A stretch of DNA of 64,000 nt from Octopus sinensis (Eukaryota). Below, in pieces: positions 40,855-53,540 of the stretch (position 1 is its first letter; each line of letters begins with the position of its first letter). The DNA lies in assembly GCF_006345805.1 (NCBI RefSeq), contig NC_042999.1, forward strand, positions 100,750,001 to 100,814,000, given 5' to 3'. The position numbers and the translations under genes were made by a program. The notes below the pieces were generated by a model that saw only the letters and a program-made list of their open reading frames with translations, did not search any database and was not told the origin of the DNA.

Positions 40855-41364
40855 CAAGGTCACCCCACAAAAAACAGAACCCACAAATCTTTGAATAAAA
40901 TTGTTTGAAAATGACACAGAGGAATAGATTGAGATGAACAGTGGTTCTAGCAAGACAGGGCCATCCCTCATGCATCAAATGACTCCCTAGCCTGGCTGAG
41001 AGAGCGAATTCAGGAGAGACTGATCAGCAGGAAGTATGATGTTGAGAGAGCACTGCATTCACCGGACTTGAACCCCCCAGATTTTTATCTGTGGGGGTAT
41101 CTCAAGGATAATGTTTACCAGAACAACCCTCAAATGATGTGTGAACTGAAGGCAGCAATTACAGCAGAAATCAGGGAAATCCCCAAAGAGGAATGTGTTC
41201 GAGTAATTGACAATTTTGCATGACATATGCAAGTGTTTGTGTGATGTATGCCATTTGGAGCATATTTTGACCGAAGTTTAAGTCCAGCAAATTTCAAGAA
41301 ATTTGTTGGACATTTGTAGGATTTAATAACATTTTTATGGGTTCTGTTTTTTGGGGTCACCCTG
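40855..41364 (+). mobile_element. Internally deleted Tc1/mariner DD41D (rosa-like) DNA transposon
   Basis: Terminal inverted repeats caaggtcaccccacaaaaaacagaaccca and tgggttctgttttttggggtcaccctg-TA. Residual transposase WF*QDRAIPHAS..HSPDLNPPDFYLWGYLKDNVY..ELKAAI has 41 residues between the last two catalytic Asp. Confidence 0.85.
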
Positions 41365-42109
41365 TAGTTGTGCTGTAGCTGTGCAGGCAAAGAACATAGT
41401 CTGTAAAGCTTGGGGAAAATCACCCACCCCTACAAATTACAGGACTCGTATCTAGTACTGCAACTCCTGCAAGACTATTACCCAGCCTGTAAAGGATATT
41501 TGTAAACATTACATAGCCTGTAAACTCTCTTACTTCCCATATTCTCCAGCAATTTTCTATACTCTTCCTTTCATCCATTTCTCAACCATAACAGTACTGT
41601 AAGCAGTTACTTCCCTGAAAACGGCTTCAACATTTGCTGACTGTTTTGCATCCAACTTCACATTGACACATTAAGTAAATCTTCAAAGTCTACTCCACCA
41701 TTCTCACCATCATGCACTTATACTCATTAAGTTTAAAATTTTAAAAAATCTCCTGTCACTTCAAATTAACATGCCATTCTTATTGAGAATATCTCTCCCA
41801 TCATGCTCAAGCAATTCCTCCAACAAGTAGAGCCTATCGTATTAAACTCTTCAATCCTTCTACATCTACAAGGATAAGTCCCAATCCTTGGGTGCACCCA
41901 GTACACTCTGTAAAATGACTGGAATTAGGAAGGGTATCCAGCCATAGAAACCATGTCAAAACTGATATTGGGATTTGATGTGACTTTACAGTTCATTAGA
42001 TCTTGTCAAAATGTTCAATTCATGCCAGCATGGAAAACCAATGTTAAATGATGATGATGATGATGATGATGATGACGATTAAATATATATCATGGACTCT
42101 CCCTTCATT

Positions 42110-42391
42110 AGACAACAAATGTGGGTTCTGTAATTTTTTTTCTGAACAGCCACAAGTTGATTTGTTTATAGTGATCAAATGTTTGTATTCACATAAGCTC
42201 ACTCCCTCCATTAAATTGATATTACCTGTGCAGGTGCACGATGTGTCACATGTCAGATGACAAAATGATCGCAGAGCAATGTGAAATGAAGAATTTTGTT
42301 CAAGAACACAACAGAACACATGGTCTGAGAATCGAAACCATGATCTCACAATCATGAATGCAACACCCTAACCACTAAGCCATGCGCCTTC
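42110..42391 (-). mobile_element. tRNA-derived SINE
   Basis: Minus strand: ggcgcatggcttagtggttagggtg (A-box), ggtttcgattctc (B-box), tgtgttcttgaacaa. Confidence 0.7.
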
Positions 42392-42425
42392 ACACACACA
42401 CACATACATACATATATATATATAC

Positions 42426-42456
<31 letters not shown>

Positions 42457-42539
42457 GTGTCTTATTAAAGATGAAAAGCTTCACAACTGTTACTCTAAAT
42501 TTCATATAACCAATCATCACACAAAAGTGAACTTTGGGA

Positions 42540-43193
42540 ACAATACAATGGTTTATAAATGGTGAAGTTATCCAACAAATTTCATGGGTTTTGAAATGTC
42601 TCAGCCTCTGTCTAGTTGGTTTTAAGTGTTTATTTGCTATTTTGTGAACAAACCTCCACATCCAAGCAATATCCACATGCAACATCAACACCTCATACCA
42701 AATCTACACCAACTGCACAAAGAGCTCTAAAATATCTTCCAACAGGCATCACGCTATCTTGGCCCCCTAAACCGCAAAAAGATATCATCACTGCATATAT
42801 CAACATAACATTAGCCCATCGTACCCCCACTTAAACATGAACAGTGCACAACTAGGACCTTCACAATCACTTCAAGTTTTGTCATTATTGACAATCTCTC
42901 CTGGCAAACTTATAATCATAATATAGTAAAGACTACATCATAAAGACTGACCTTCCTCTTCAGGGTCAGAAAATACTTCAGCCTTCAACAGCTACTAATC
43001 CTCTAGAAATCTAAGATGAGTCCTTAATAGAGCACAGCTCCTGCATCTGGATCAAAGCTATTATAACACATACTCTGGACTGCATCCAAAGAAAGGCCAC
43101 TTAACTCTATGCATGATGGTATGAAGTTCTCACCAATGCACTACAACCTCTAGATCACAAATGTACCATATCCTCTTTCTCTGCCTTTTCAAA

Positions 43194-43250
<57 letters not shown>

Positions 43251-43330
43251 AACTACTACAACAGTAGTATTTGTTTCTTAGAGCTGACACTACCATCAAT
43301 CAGTTACTCACAACTCACTTATTTGCCATC
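42540..43330 (+). pseudogene. Possible highly decayed Penelope-like reverse transcriptase fragment, interrupted by (CTA)n at ~43194-43262
   Basis: FINGEVIQQIS-(frameshift)-..CLF resembles the Penelope RT segment FNG..YQQ..G.AMG..A.LF. Many stops. Confidence 0.3.
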
Positions 43331-43918
43331 TCTTTGCCCACCGCTATTCCCAGTCTTTCCTTCTTAGAATGCTGTCTCTTTGGAATTGTTTCTCTTTGGA
43401 ATCTTTTCTTTATGGCAGTCAGCTTGCAACTGTCCAAGAGGAATGTTAACAATATTGATCTGACCAGTCCCAGAAGGCCTATAAAGCTCGTGTATACAGC
43501 TCCTTATTCTAGAGCAAACCAATAAAAATAATAATAGGGCATACTTTAGTGAAAAAAACGCTATTGTAATATATTTTTTATGTTTTAGAAAATGTATTAA
43601 AGTTAAAACCAGATATGATTTTATTCAGCTGTCTATCAGAATGTGTTCAATCCATCACCCACCAAAATGTAATCAGCTACAGCAAATATTAAAAATTCCA
43701 CATTTTGTACTTTAATAAAGACATACACATGCATGCGTACACACATACATACACACACACACACACACATATGAGCATACAGGGACACACACACATGCAC
43801 AAAGTGGGTTCAGGCCCACTGTATGACAACTTATGCAAATGTCCTTTACTATAGCATTGGGCTGCCTAAACTATTGTGAGTGGATTTGGTAGATGGTAAA
43901 TGAAACAGACCTATTTGC

Positions 43919-44091
<173 letters not shown>

Positions 44092-44836
44092 GTGTATCTC
44101 TTTGTTTTCATATCATGCAATAATTGTAAATAAACATTCATAGCAGTGGTGTTGTTCGTTTGCAGTCTTCTATTGCAACATGTTTGGCTGTTGTGCTGTT
44201 TGTGTTTGAAAGACTAAAGTAAATATCACCTTGCTTGGAAACAGGTGAGGGCTGACAAGAAGAGTACGTAGATGTAGAAAATCTACCAAAACAAATAATG
44301 TCTGATCCATGGATAATGGAAAAAGGAAAAGTTATTATGATGATATGATGATATATATATATACATATACATATCAAAAGATGAGTTATAATACTATTCC
44401 ACATATACAAAAACAACCATACCAACAATCCAACATACCTCCATCATCAGCTGCCCCATGGATATCATTATGGTTTTGACACCTAGGCAGTACTATTCAC
44501 TAAAATAAATGTTGCTTGGGAACAAACATAGCAAAGAAACCACAACTTTCAAACACATCTACCCTATGTACAACATTATCAGTAAATAAATTCAATAAGT
44601 AAATCTATAACCAACTCCTATATATATGTAATTCAAATTTCTCCACCCCCACATTTTGTGTTTCTTTTATTTTTTTTATGCATTTGTTTTTTTTTTCTTT
44701 CTTTGGTTATTGTATGCATGCTATGTTTTTTGGTTCTTTGAGAACTATATTTCATGTATGAATATAAGCATAAAACCGAGCAGCAACTCTTGAAATTCCA
44801 ACTCTGTCTGTCTGTCTCTCTTTTTCTCTCTGTATA

Positions 44837-44867
<31 letters not shown>

Positions 44868-44880
44868 TATATATATATAT

Positions 44881-44924
<44 letters not shown>

Positions 44925-46099
44925 GGAGAGAGAGAAGATAGATACAGAGATGTATACACACACATATATTATGTAATAGGACTACATGTGGATCTATTCA
45001 AAATGTTATGAGACAAACATGGATACATGTTTTTACATGCACACACATATATATGTATACATACAAACATTTATATTTACAACTACAAAATTATAATCAT
45101 AAATATATATCTACATGCCTCTGTGTGTGTATGTGTGTGTGTCTGTGCATCTACACACATACACCTGTGTATATCAATATATTCATACAGAAACATATTG
45201 TCACAGATATGTGATATTCAATGCTGATATCAAAGCTAGAGAAAAATTCAAGAACACCATCAAATTATTTTATTAACAATGGAGAATGATGCATATAAAG
45301 ATTATTTTTCAATATAACAGATATTTATCTCAACACATCTCTTCCATGTATATTTCTAGTATAACGTTAGATTTAGAGAAGTTATAACTAATTTTTCTCT
45401 TGACACAAAAGAACAATATATTACAACTTGCAAAGTTTTGACCAAACAAACATTTCTTTGAGTATCCAGAACCTTCTTTTGAATTACCAGGATTCACCTT
45501 GGAGTGAAATCTGGGCTATAAAATATAGGCCAAGTTTTTTTTATTGAAGATATAACTGATGTGTGTATATTAGGAGACTGTTGAGAAAATGAAAGAAATG
45601 AACCATTATAACCTTTTCCTTGCTTATTCCTAATACTATGATAAACTGTTACTTTGTAAAATTGTCAATAAAATCTAAGAGAAAAACTACAAAACAGAGA
45701 GAGGGGGAAGGGGAGAGAGAGAGGCAGACAGACTGACAGACAGAGAAAATTATCACATAACTCCAAGAGTGTTTTCTAAAAAATATGATGGCTTTTCATG
45801 ACTGAATAGTTATTTGAATCAAGTTATTCTTCTGGAAGAAATCAACTGAACAGGGTTGTTTTTTTTATTCTCTAACTGAAGTGGTTTGTCAAATTCTGTG
45901 CAGGCTTTTAAGTTGAGTTTTCTGAAGCAAGGAATTTACACTAACCATTCACTTGACAATAGTATAAAGAAAAATATTTTTGTATTGTTTTCTGTATTAT
46001 TTTGTGATTCCCAGGCGAACATGTTTACAACTGAGTATAAACTGACATTCATACAATTTGAAATGTCTTTAGTTCATACTCAAAGACAACTTCCAGTAA

Positions 46100-46300
46100 C
46101 TTTCATTGTTAGTATGCCAGGCAAACAGCTTGGTGACATTTTGTCCGTCTTCACATTCTAAGTTCAAATTCCGCTGAGGTCAACTTTGCCTTCCATCCTT
46201 CAGGGTTGATAAAGTAATTGCCTGTTAAGTACTAGGGTCAATGTAATTGACTTCCCACTCCCCTCAGAAACTGCTGATCCTGCGTCAATATTTGAAACCA
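46100..46300 (+). mobile_element. Family-A SINE
   Basis: ttagtatgccaggcaaacagcttg..aagttcaaattccgctgaggtcaactttgccttccatcctt. Confidence 0.75.
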
Positions 46301-47646
46301 TATTACAAACACACATATAGTGGGGTGCAGCATTTTACTTTGATAAATACTGAACAGTAACCATTGCTATATCCACTCTTGAACTGTTTAATACAATTCT
46401 TTACATAATTATGATTTGTAAAACAACTAAAGACTTTTAGGTGTAAAATATATAACTTCACCTTACTTGTAGAGAAATGTTATATAATACCTGATGCAGT
46501 AAAAGTTTAAGTAAACTGAATGAAATTAAAAAGAGGAATGAATAGATGATTAAGTATACAAAATCATTGAAATGTAATACATTCCTCGGTATATATTAAG
46601 GATAAACAAGTACCAAATTATGAGCACAATGGAAAAGAGAAGAATTAAGTGAGAAGGTAGAAGTAGAATATGAAAAATCCCTCTTCAGAAGTCTTACTCC
46701 TTTTACTGATGTGATAGATACTTACAGGGTGTGTGTGTGCAAAAACAGAGTTATGGAGTTTGAAACCCTAAGAAATAGAATGCCTGAAAATAATTTGAGG
46801 ATCTGGTTATGCAATAGGCAACATTATAGTTGAATGTTAGATCAAGCAATCAACTTTTGAATGCTTGCCCACTTGCTTGTCTGCCTTACTATGTTGAGAT
46901 GAACAGCAACAATAATAAATGCAAAAGAGCAGTAGTTGAAGCATTCAGACTGGTTCACCTTGCTGCTTCCATTGTGGATACAGAATGTACAAGTATACAA
47001 ATGTGCAAGTATACAAAAAATGTACAGGTATACAAAAACAGGCTGGACAATGAAAAAGTACATATCCTGACTCGCTATGCTATGCTCCATACCAATATCC
47101 GTTATATCTAAGAATTTGAAGTCTGATCCTTAACCATCTGGAGATGCATCATATATAGTGCTATGAATCTGAGTATCATGCCAAGTCTTTTGAATGACAA
47201 CTTACAACTACTTGACTGACTTGGAACTATACAATAACAACAACAAAACTTATAGAATTAATTAGGTAGGTGAGATCTGAAGAATACAGGTTTGAAATTT
47301 CACTATAAATAGTAAATATTCATTATCTAAATAGCTTCATCAGTGTTGGACCTGTACATAGTTACAGTATATTACTAGCTAGATGGTTGCTGTAGCTGTT
47401 GTTTTACCCTAGGTCAAGGCTGATTGAAAAGAACTCTGATTAAAGAATTTCCAGCAGTGACCATCATGTCTTTAGAGGAGTATTTAGGGTATTCTTCCTT
47501 CTCTCCCTTTTTAATACAGCAAGGTGTGATTTGATGGAGACCTTGTTGCTTCTTCTAGCAAGTTCAATGACCATGTAGAGACTCTGCACATTATTGGTAC
47601 AGTAATGTATGGAGCCTGTACATGGTCAATAACAATGATAGTAATT

Positions 47647-48030
47647 ATTTCTAATTTAGGTACACGGTCAACAATTTTGAGGGTAGGGTGTTGTTGATTT
47701 CATTTACCCTTCTCTCTTGATCGGTATTTTATTTTGGTAACTCCAAAAGGATGAAAGTCAAAGATGACCTTGGTGGGATTTGAACTCAGAATGTAAATAC
47801 TTAGAAGAAAGCAAGGCATTTTGTTTGATGTTTTAATGGTTCTGTCAATACAAAGCCCTTAATGATAATTGTGTCTAATTTAGGAACAATGCCAGTAACT
47901 TGGGGTGGGGTTAGTTGATTACATCAACCCCAATGTTTGACTATTACTTTATTTTATTGACCCAGAATGAATGAAAGAGTTGGGCCAAATACCACAAAAC
48001 ATTTTATCTAATGCTTTAACAATTCTGCTA
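47647..48030 (-). mobile_element. Two diverged family-A SINEs in tandem
   Basis: ccaaaaggatgaaagtcaaagatgaccttggtgggatttgaactcagaatgt, followed by a second partial copy. Confidence 0.65.
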
Positions 48031-48054
48031 AAATGGAAAATTTTTTTTATCAAA

Positions 48055-48986
48055 ATGCAGAAGGAAACTGAGATGAGATGTTGTTTCCAATAGCTAAAGA
48101 AGGGAGTTTTGAAGAAAGGGCCAGTGGACTTGATCCTGGCTGCACAAGATCAAGCTCACATCACCACCACCACCATCATCATCGTCATCATCATTTAACA
48201 TCTGCTTTTCATGCTGGCATGGGATAGATGGTTTGATTGGAACTGGTAAGCTGGAGGACTGCACCAGGTTTCAGTCTGTTTTGGTATGGTGCTACAGCTG
48301 ATGCCCTTCCTAATGCCAGGGTGCTTTCTACATGCACTGGCACGGGTGCCATTTACATAACACCAGCAACAGGCACAAACTATGATTCCACAGGTGCCAT
48401 TTACATGACACTGGCAAGGATGAGATATATAAGAAAGAATATAAATAAGGAAGACATCTTGACTGCATGTAGAGTATGTAGTACAAGAGAAGAGATAGTT
48501 AAAGTGCTTGCTCAGAAGGTTCATAAGAACTGGAGACATGACCAAGTTAATACAACCTTACATTAACAGATTTGTAAAAAGCTTAGATTTGAACATGTTG
48601 AAAAGTGGTATGGCCTTAAATTAGAGAATATCCTTGAAAATAAACCATGTAAGGGTATTATGGAAGGTAAATGTAACATTCATACCACAATATTGTTAAA
48701 TTCAAAACAAAAGATTGAATTGTTTAATCAATATTGTTTACCTAAAGTGTTTGAAAAAGAACGTGAGAAAATAGAGAAATGCCAGGATCTAAGGCACAGA
48801 ATTCAAAGACTTTGGAATTGCTGTGAGGTTGTTATTATCCCAATTGTAATGAAAGTATGAGGAACAGTGACAAGAAGCTTAAGTGGCTGGTTGAAGATGG
48901 TGGATATTGAGATGAATTTGCTGATTCTACAGAAGGCTTATTTGTTTGGCACAGTAATAACCATAAGTGAGGTGCTAGATACATAA
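48055..48986 (+). mobile_element. Decayed Dong/R4-type (restriction-like endonuclease) LINE 3' fragment, split by a family-B repeat at ~48160-48420
   Basis: LKKGVLKK..LILAAQDQA | RYIRKNI..CRVC..E..RHDQV..LH..KWY..ENILEN..KEREKIEKCQDL..IQRLW..IIPIV..GTV..LQKAYLFGT..VLDT*. Confidence 0.75.
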
Positions 48987-49411
48987 AGCTGCAGGATGCA
49001 GTTTGATATCATATAATTAATTACAGACAGAACAAAACATGATGCTCAGAGAAAAAAAGAAAGAAAAGATGATGATGATGCTGTTTTGTTGAAGAACCAT
49101 ATAGAGTTGGCAAAAGCATCAAGAATGGTAGAAGATGACTGTGTGGCATTACACAAAAGAGAAAGTGTAAGCATTGAAAATACCAAATAAAAAAAAAGGA
49201 GAAAAAATTCAAAAAATCAAAAATTCCCTAATCTCTGAGGGTTACTGGTGGGAACCCCACAAAAACTAATCACCCTGACCACTAATGCAAGTATCTAATC
49301 TCTAATCTACAGATACACACTCAGAGCAAGCCAGTTCACTAAGACCATATTTATCACTCTCATCCACATTCAAATTTACTGGAAACAACAGTTACCTGTC
49401 CACCTTCATTG

Positions 49412-49613
49412 ATCCTTTCTATTAAAGGATCAAGGCCTGAAATGTTGAGGGAGGGAGTATGTCAATTACATCGAACACAGTACTCAACGGGTACTTAATT
49501 TATTGACCCCAAAAGGATGAAAAGTAAAGTTGACCATGGCAGAATTTGAACTCAGAACGTAGACACAGATGAAATGTTGCTAAGTATGTTGTCTGGCATG
49601 CTAATGCTTTTCA

Positions 49614-49668
<55 letters not shown>

Positions 49669-49907
49669 TAATAATAATTATTATTATTATTATTATTATT
49701 ATAAACCTTTCTACTATAGGCACAAGGCCTGAAATTTGTGGGGAGTGGGATAGTTGATCACATCAACCCCAGTACTCAACTGATACTTAATTTATCGACC
49801 CCAAAAGGGTGAAAGGCAAAGTCAACCTCACTGGAATTTGAATTCAGAACATAAAGACAGACGAAATGCCACTAAGCATTCTGCCCGGCATGCTAACGAT
49901 TCTGCCA

Positions 49908-49966
<59 letters not shown>

Positions 49967-50304
49967 AATAATAATAATAATAATAATGAGAATAATAATA
50001 ACAACAACAACAACAACAACAACAATAATAATAAGAGTAATAACAATAATAATAGGCAGCTATAAGAATCAAACATAAAGGTTGTTCCTGTTGTCATTGG
50101 AGCACTGGGCTCAATACAACCCAACCTGTAAAAACATCTAGGTACTTTAGAAATACCCTACAATGTTGATGTATTGCAAAAATTGGTTTTACTTGGAATT
50201 GAACTTAGTCAACTGTGGTGGAATTTGAACTCAGAATGTAAAGACAGATGAAATGCCACTAAGCATTTTTCCCGGTGTGCTAACAATCCTACTAGTTTGC
50301 CACC

Positions 50305-50336
<32 letters not shown>

Positions 50337-50795
50337 CATTATCATCAGCATTATGTAATGTCTGTCTTCCATGATGGCATGGGTTATTATTATTATTATT
50401 GTTATTAAGGCAATGAGTTGGCAGAATCATTAGCATACTAGACAAAATGCTTAGCAGTATTCCATCAGCCACTACTTTCTGAGTTCAAATTCTGCCGAGG
50501 TTGACTTTGCTTTTCATACTTTTGGAGTCAATAAATTAAATACCAGTTGAGTACTGGGGTTGATGCAATCAACTATCTCCCTCCCTCAAATTTCAGGCTT
50601 TGTGCCTATAGTAGAAAGGATTCTTCTGTAGTTTTTCACTCTTTTTTTTATATGTGTATATATATATCCTACTTAATGTGGATATATTGTAAGAATGCCT
50701 CAATTCTGGAGTCCAGACATTTGTACATTATTGCATATACTTTATACGCACTTTTTGACAAGTTGTGGTGCACCTGAGCACTGTATACAATAATT

Positions 50796-50855
<60 letters not shown>

Positions 50856-50960
50856 TGGATTAAATTCATTGCAGTATCAGAACTGGTATTTATTTTATCA
50901 ACATCTGAAAGGTAAAAAGCAAAATGAACCTTGCTGAGATTTGAACTCAGAACATAAAGC
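49412..50960. mobile_element. Cluster of five family-A SINEs (49412-49610 -, 49706-49907 -, 50205-50306 -, 50407-50622 +, 50880-50960 -) interleaved with (AAT)n, (ATT)n, (GAT)n and (AAC)n
   Basis: Each segment matches the family A consensus. The microsatellites are read directly. Confidence 0.8.
50054..50198 (+). mobile_element. Short Dong/R4-type LINE 3' fragment following an (AAT)n tract
   Basis: Translates QL*ESNIKVVPVVIGALGSIQPNL*KHLGTLEIPYNVDVLQKLVLLG. Confidence 0.7.
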
Positions 50961-52545
50961 AATGTAACTGGGTATCACATAACATTTTCTCCAACACCTT
51001 ATCAATTCTACTAACAATGATGAAAATGATTTCATTTTATTTAAATTGAAACTCAAGAGAAAACATTTTAATGTTGATATCAAGAATAATGGCAATCTGT
51101 AAAAAGAAAATTGCACTTCACAAAATGCATGTCATAAAAGGCGAAAATCAAATCATGCATCCAAAAAAAAAAAAAATCCATAAAGCAATGGAACTTAAAA
51201 ATAGAAACAAATGCATGAAACAATTAATAAATTTCTTTACAGATTAAGACAGTTGTAATTATAACATAAGGGAATCATATCTTTAAGGTACATGGGATTA
51301 AAGGCTCGGTTGTAAATTTGCCAGTCTTAGAACTGAGTGGAGATATTTGTTTGGTTTTTTTTTGTTTTCTCAGTGTCTTTAAAGATTAAGAGAAAAATTA
51401 GAAAAACTATTTTAATATTTTAGTCTTTTAACTACTAGAGAGAATAACTTACAGGTCTGAGAATTCTGTGCTCAAAAAGAAAAATTCTTAATCCCATGAA
51501 TTATGCTTTGCAATAATGTGGTTCAGAGTTTGATCTCACTGTAAGATACTTTGGACATGTGCCTTTGGCTCTAAGTTTGGTTTGAGCTAAGTCATACAAG
51601 TTACAATAGGTAGATGGAGACTGCGATGGAAGTCATTGAATAGGCTATACCCATTCTTGGATTGGTAGTAGTCTTTATACATCCTCCAGTTCAACACCCA
51701 CATTTGTCTTTAGGCGGGGTGAGTTTTAGCAGAGTCAACTCTTGCAAATATACTTACTAGGTCCCCCAGCCTGAATATAATTATGCTACTTTCTATTGTA
51801 GTAACCCATGAGGCATAGTTTCTTTCTCTCTTTCTCTCTTTCTTCTTACTTATTTTGGAGGCCCTACAAATATGATGAATGCTTGCTGCCTTTCTTTTTT
51901 TGACTAAGTCATTAAAAAGTGTACAAAGCAAAATCAATTAATGCTTTCAAGGAAGAATACTGGAACAATTCTCAAAATATTGGGTAAGGAAAAAAAAAAA
52001 AGGGATTGTTTAACAAAGAAACTCTCATTATGTTTAATCAATAATTATAAATTGACTTAGGATATTTTCATTTTTTGATGTCATTTCTACTCCTAACTGA
52101 CCCTCAATTAAAAACCTGAAAATAAATAATAATTAAAAATAAAATAATTAAAACAGTAAGGAAGCAGTTTTTACATGCTGAATTTTCATTAGGATTTTTT
52201 TTCTGGGGCATTAAGTAGGCACAGAGGCAACAAAATACAAGGCAATGAACACAAAAGATTATATATGTGTATGTGAGTATATGTGTGTGTATAACATTTA
52301 TATATATATAATATATTTATATATGTTATTATAATCTTTCTGCTGTTTTCCTTTTTTCTTTTTTTTTTTGTATTTGTCTTTTTTCTCACTTTCTCTCTAC
52401 TGCCATAAAATGCAAATTTGCAACATAACAATGAAAGCTGGAGGCAAGAGAGAATAAGGCAGTGGAAGACGAGAGAGATAGATACTGCAGTATAGAGAAT
52501 TTCTTAGTAGCCACAAAATGCACTGACAAAACTTTGAAGACTGAC

Positions 52546-52626
52546 CTCTTGCCAGTTATCTACCCTTGATTGCTTGCAGGGCTGCTCCATGCTTTCACTG
52601 TTTCTATTTAATTGTTCTGCAAAAGC
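52546..52626 (-). CDS. Candidate internal exon of TULP4 (non-conserved linker region)
   Basis: ttatccttgttctatctag|AFAEQLNRNSESMEQPCKQSRVDNWQE|gtcagt. 81 nt, open in phase 0/0 and compatible with the 29676 acceptor. No recognisable homology. Confidence 0.4.
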
Positions 52627-53394
52627 CTAGATAGAACAAGGATAACACAGATATTATGGCCTTCTAAACAATTTTACATGTATGAAATTATTCATGCAGA
52701 GATTTTTTTTTGTTTACAATCAAATATGTATATATATATATTTCTTTTTTTGTTAAAATATAGAATAAATTTTGTCTATAAATTCGTTTTTCTACATTGT
52801 ATCAAATGTAAATAACATCTATGAGACAAGGCATCAGCCAATTTTTATTCAAAGCTATAGACTAATAATCTCTATTTTTAGACACTATGACAAATTGGAT
52901 AACAACAAAACACAGGGGACACTAACTGATTATCTTTTTCCAATTCACTCAAAACCTTTTACTGGATTTTGTTCAATTTTCCTCAACAAACTTTCATATA
53001 AAACATTTTCTAAAAACAAACTGATTTGTTTTTATAAGCAGTCAATACATTAAAAGCTTCCATCAAATTTCAGTATTTTGATTTTCAGATATAATTTAGT
53101 TGTTCTCAAAAAATCTCAAATGGCAATAAGGATGGTATTCATAAAAAAAACATTTAATTATCATGCTGAATTACTGATGAAAGGGGCCTAGTATTCTGGC
53201 TCAAAACGATTTGTTTTAAATCAATCCTCTCTACTTATGTATGGCATCATAGGTAATATGATACTAAATCTTTTAGTAATAATAGTTGTTGAGGCTAGCC
53301 TGATTGCTGACTGATCAGGCTAGAGTGAATAGAAATATGTTAAGAAGAGCTCCACATGTTAGTTCTACATGCATTTATGCATGCATTCATTCAC

Positions 53395-53540
53395 ATATGT
53401 ATGTATGCATGCATCCATCCACATATGTATGTATGTATGTACGTACGTATGTACGTACGTATGTATGTATGTATGTATGTATGTATGTATGTATGTATGT
53501 ATGTAGTATGTATGTATGTATGTATATATGTATGTATGCA
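53395..53540. repeat. (ATGT)n tetranucleotide microsatellite
   Basis: Read directly. Confidence 0.9.

Noticed and set aside
46984-47037. Three short aatgtacaagtataca units as a CRISPR-like array
   Set aside because: No spacers and a eukaryotic context. A simple minisatellite.
51758-51770. Possible 13-nt minus-strand microexon (cag / gtaagt)
   Set aside because: Frame-shifting length and a poor polypyrimidine tract.
53171-53218. Hammerhead-like CTGATGA..gggcc/ggctc-AAAAC; similar weak hits at ~8838-8878, ~36774-36796 and ~47285-47347 (-)
   Set aside because: Each needs several core changes and has poor stem I or III. Not distinguishable from chance by eye.
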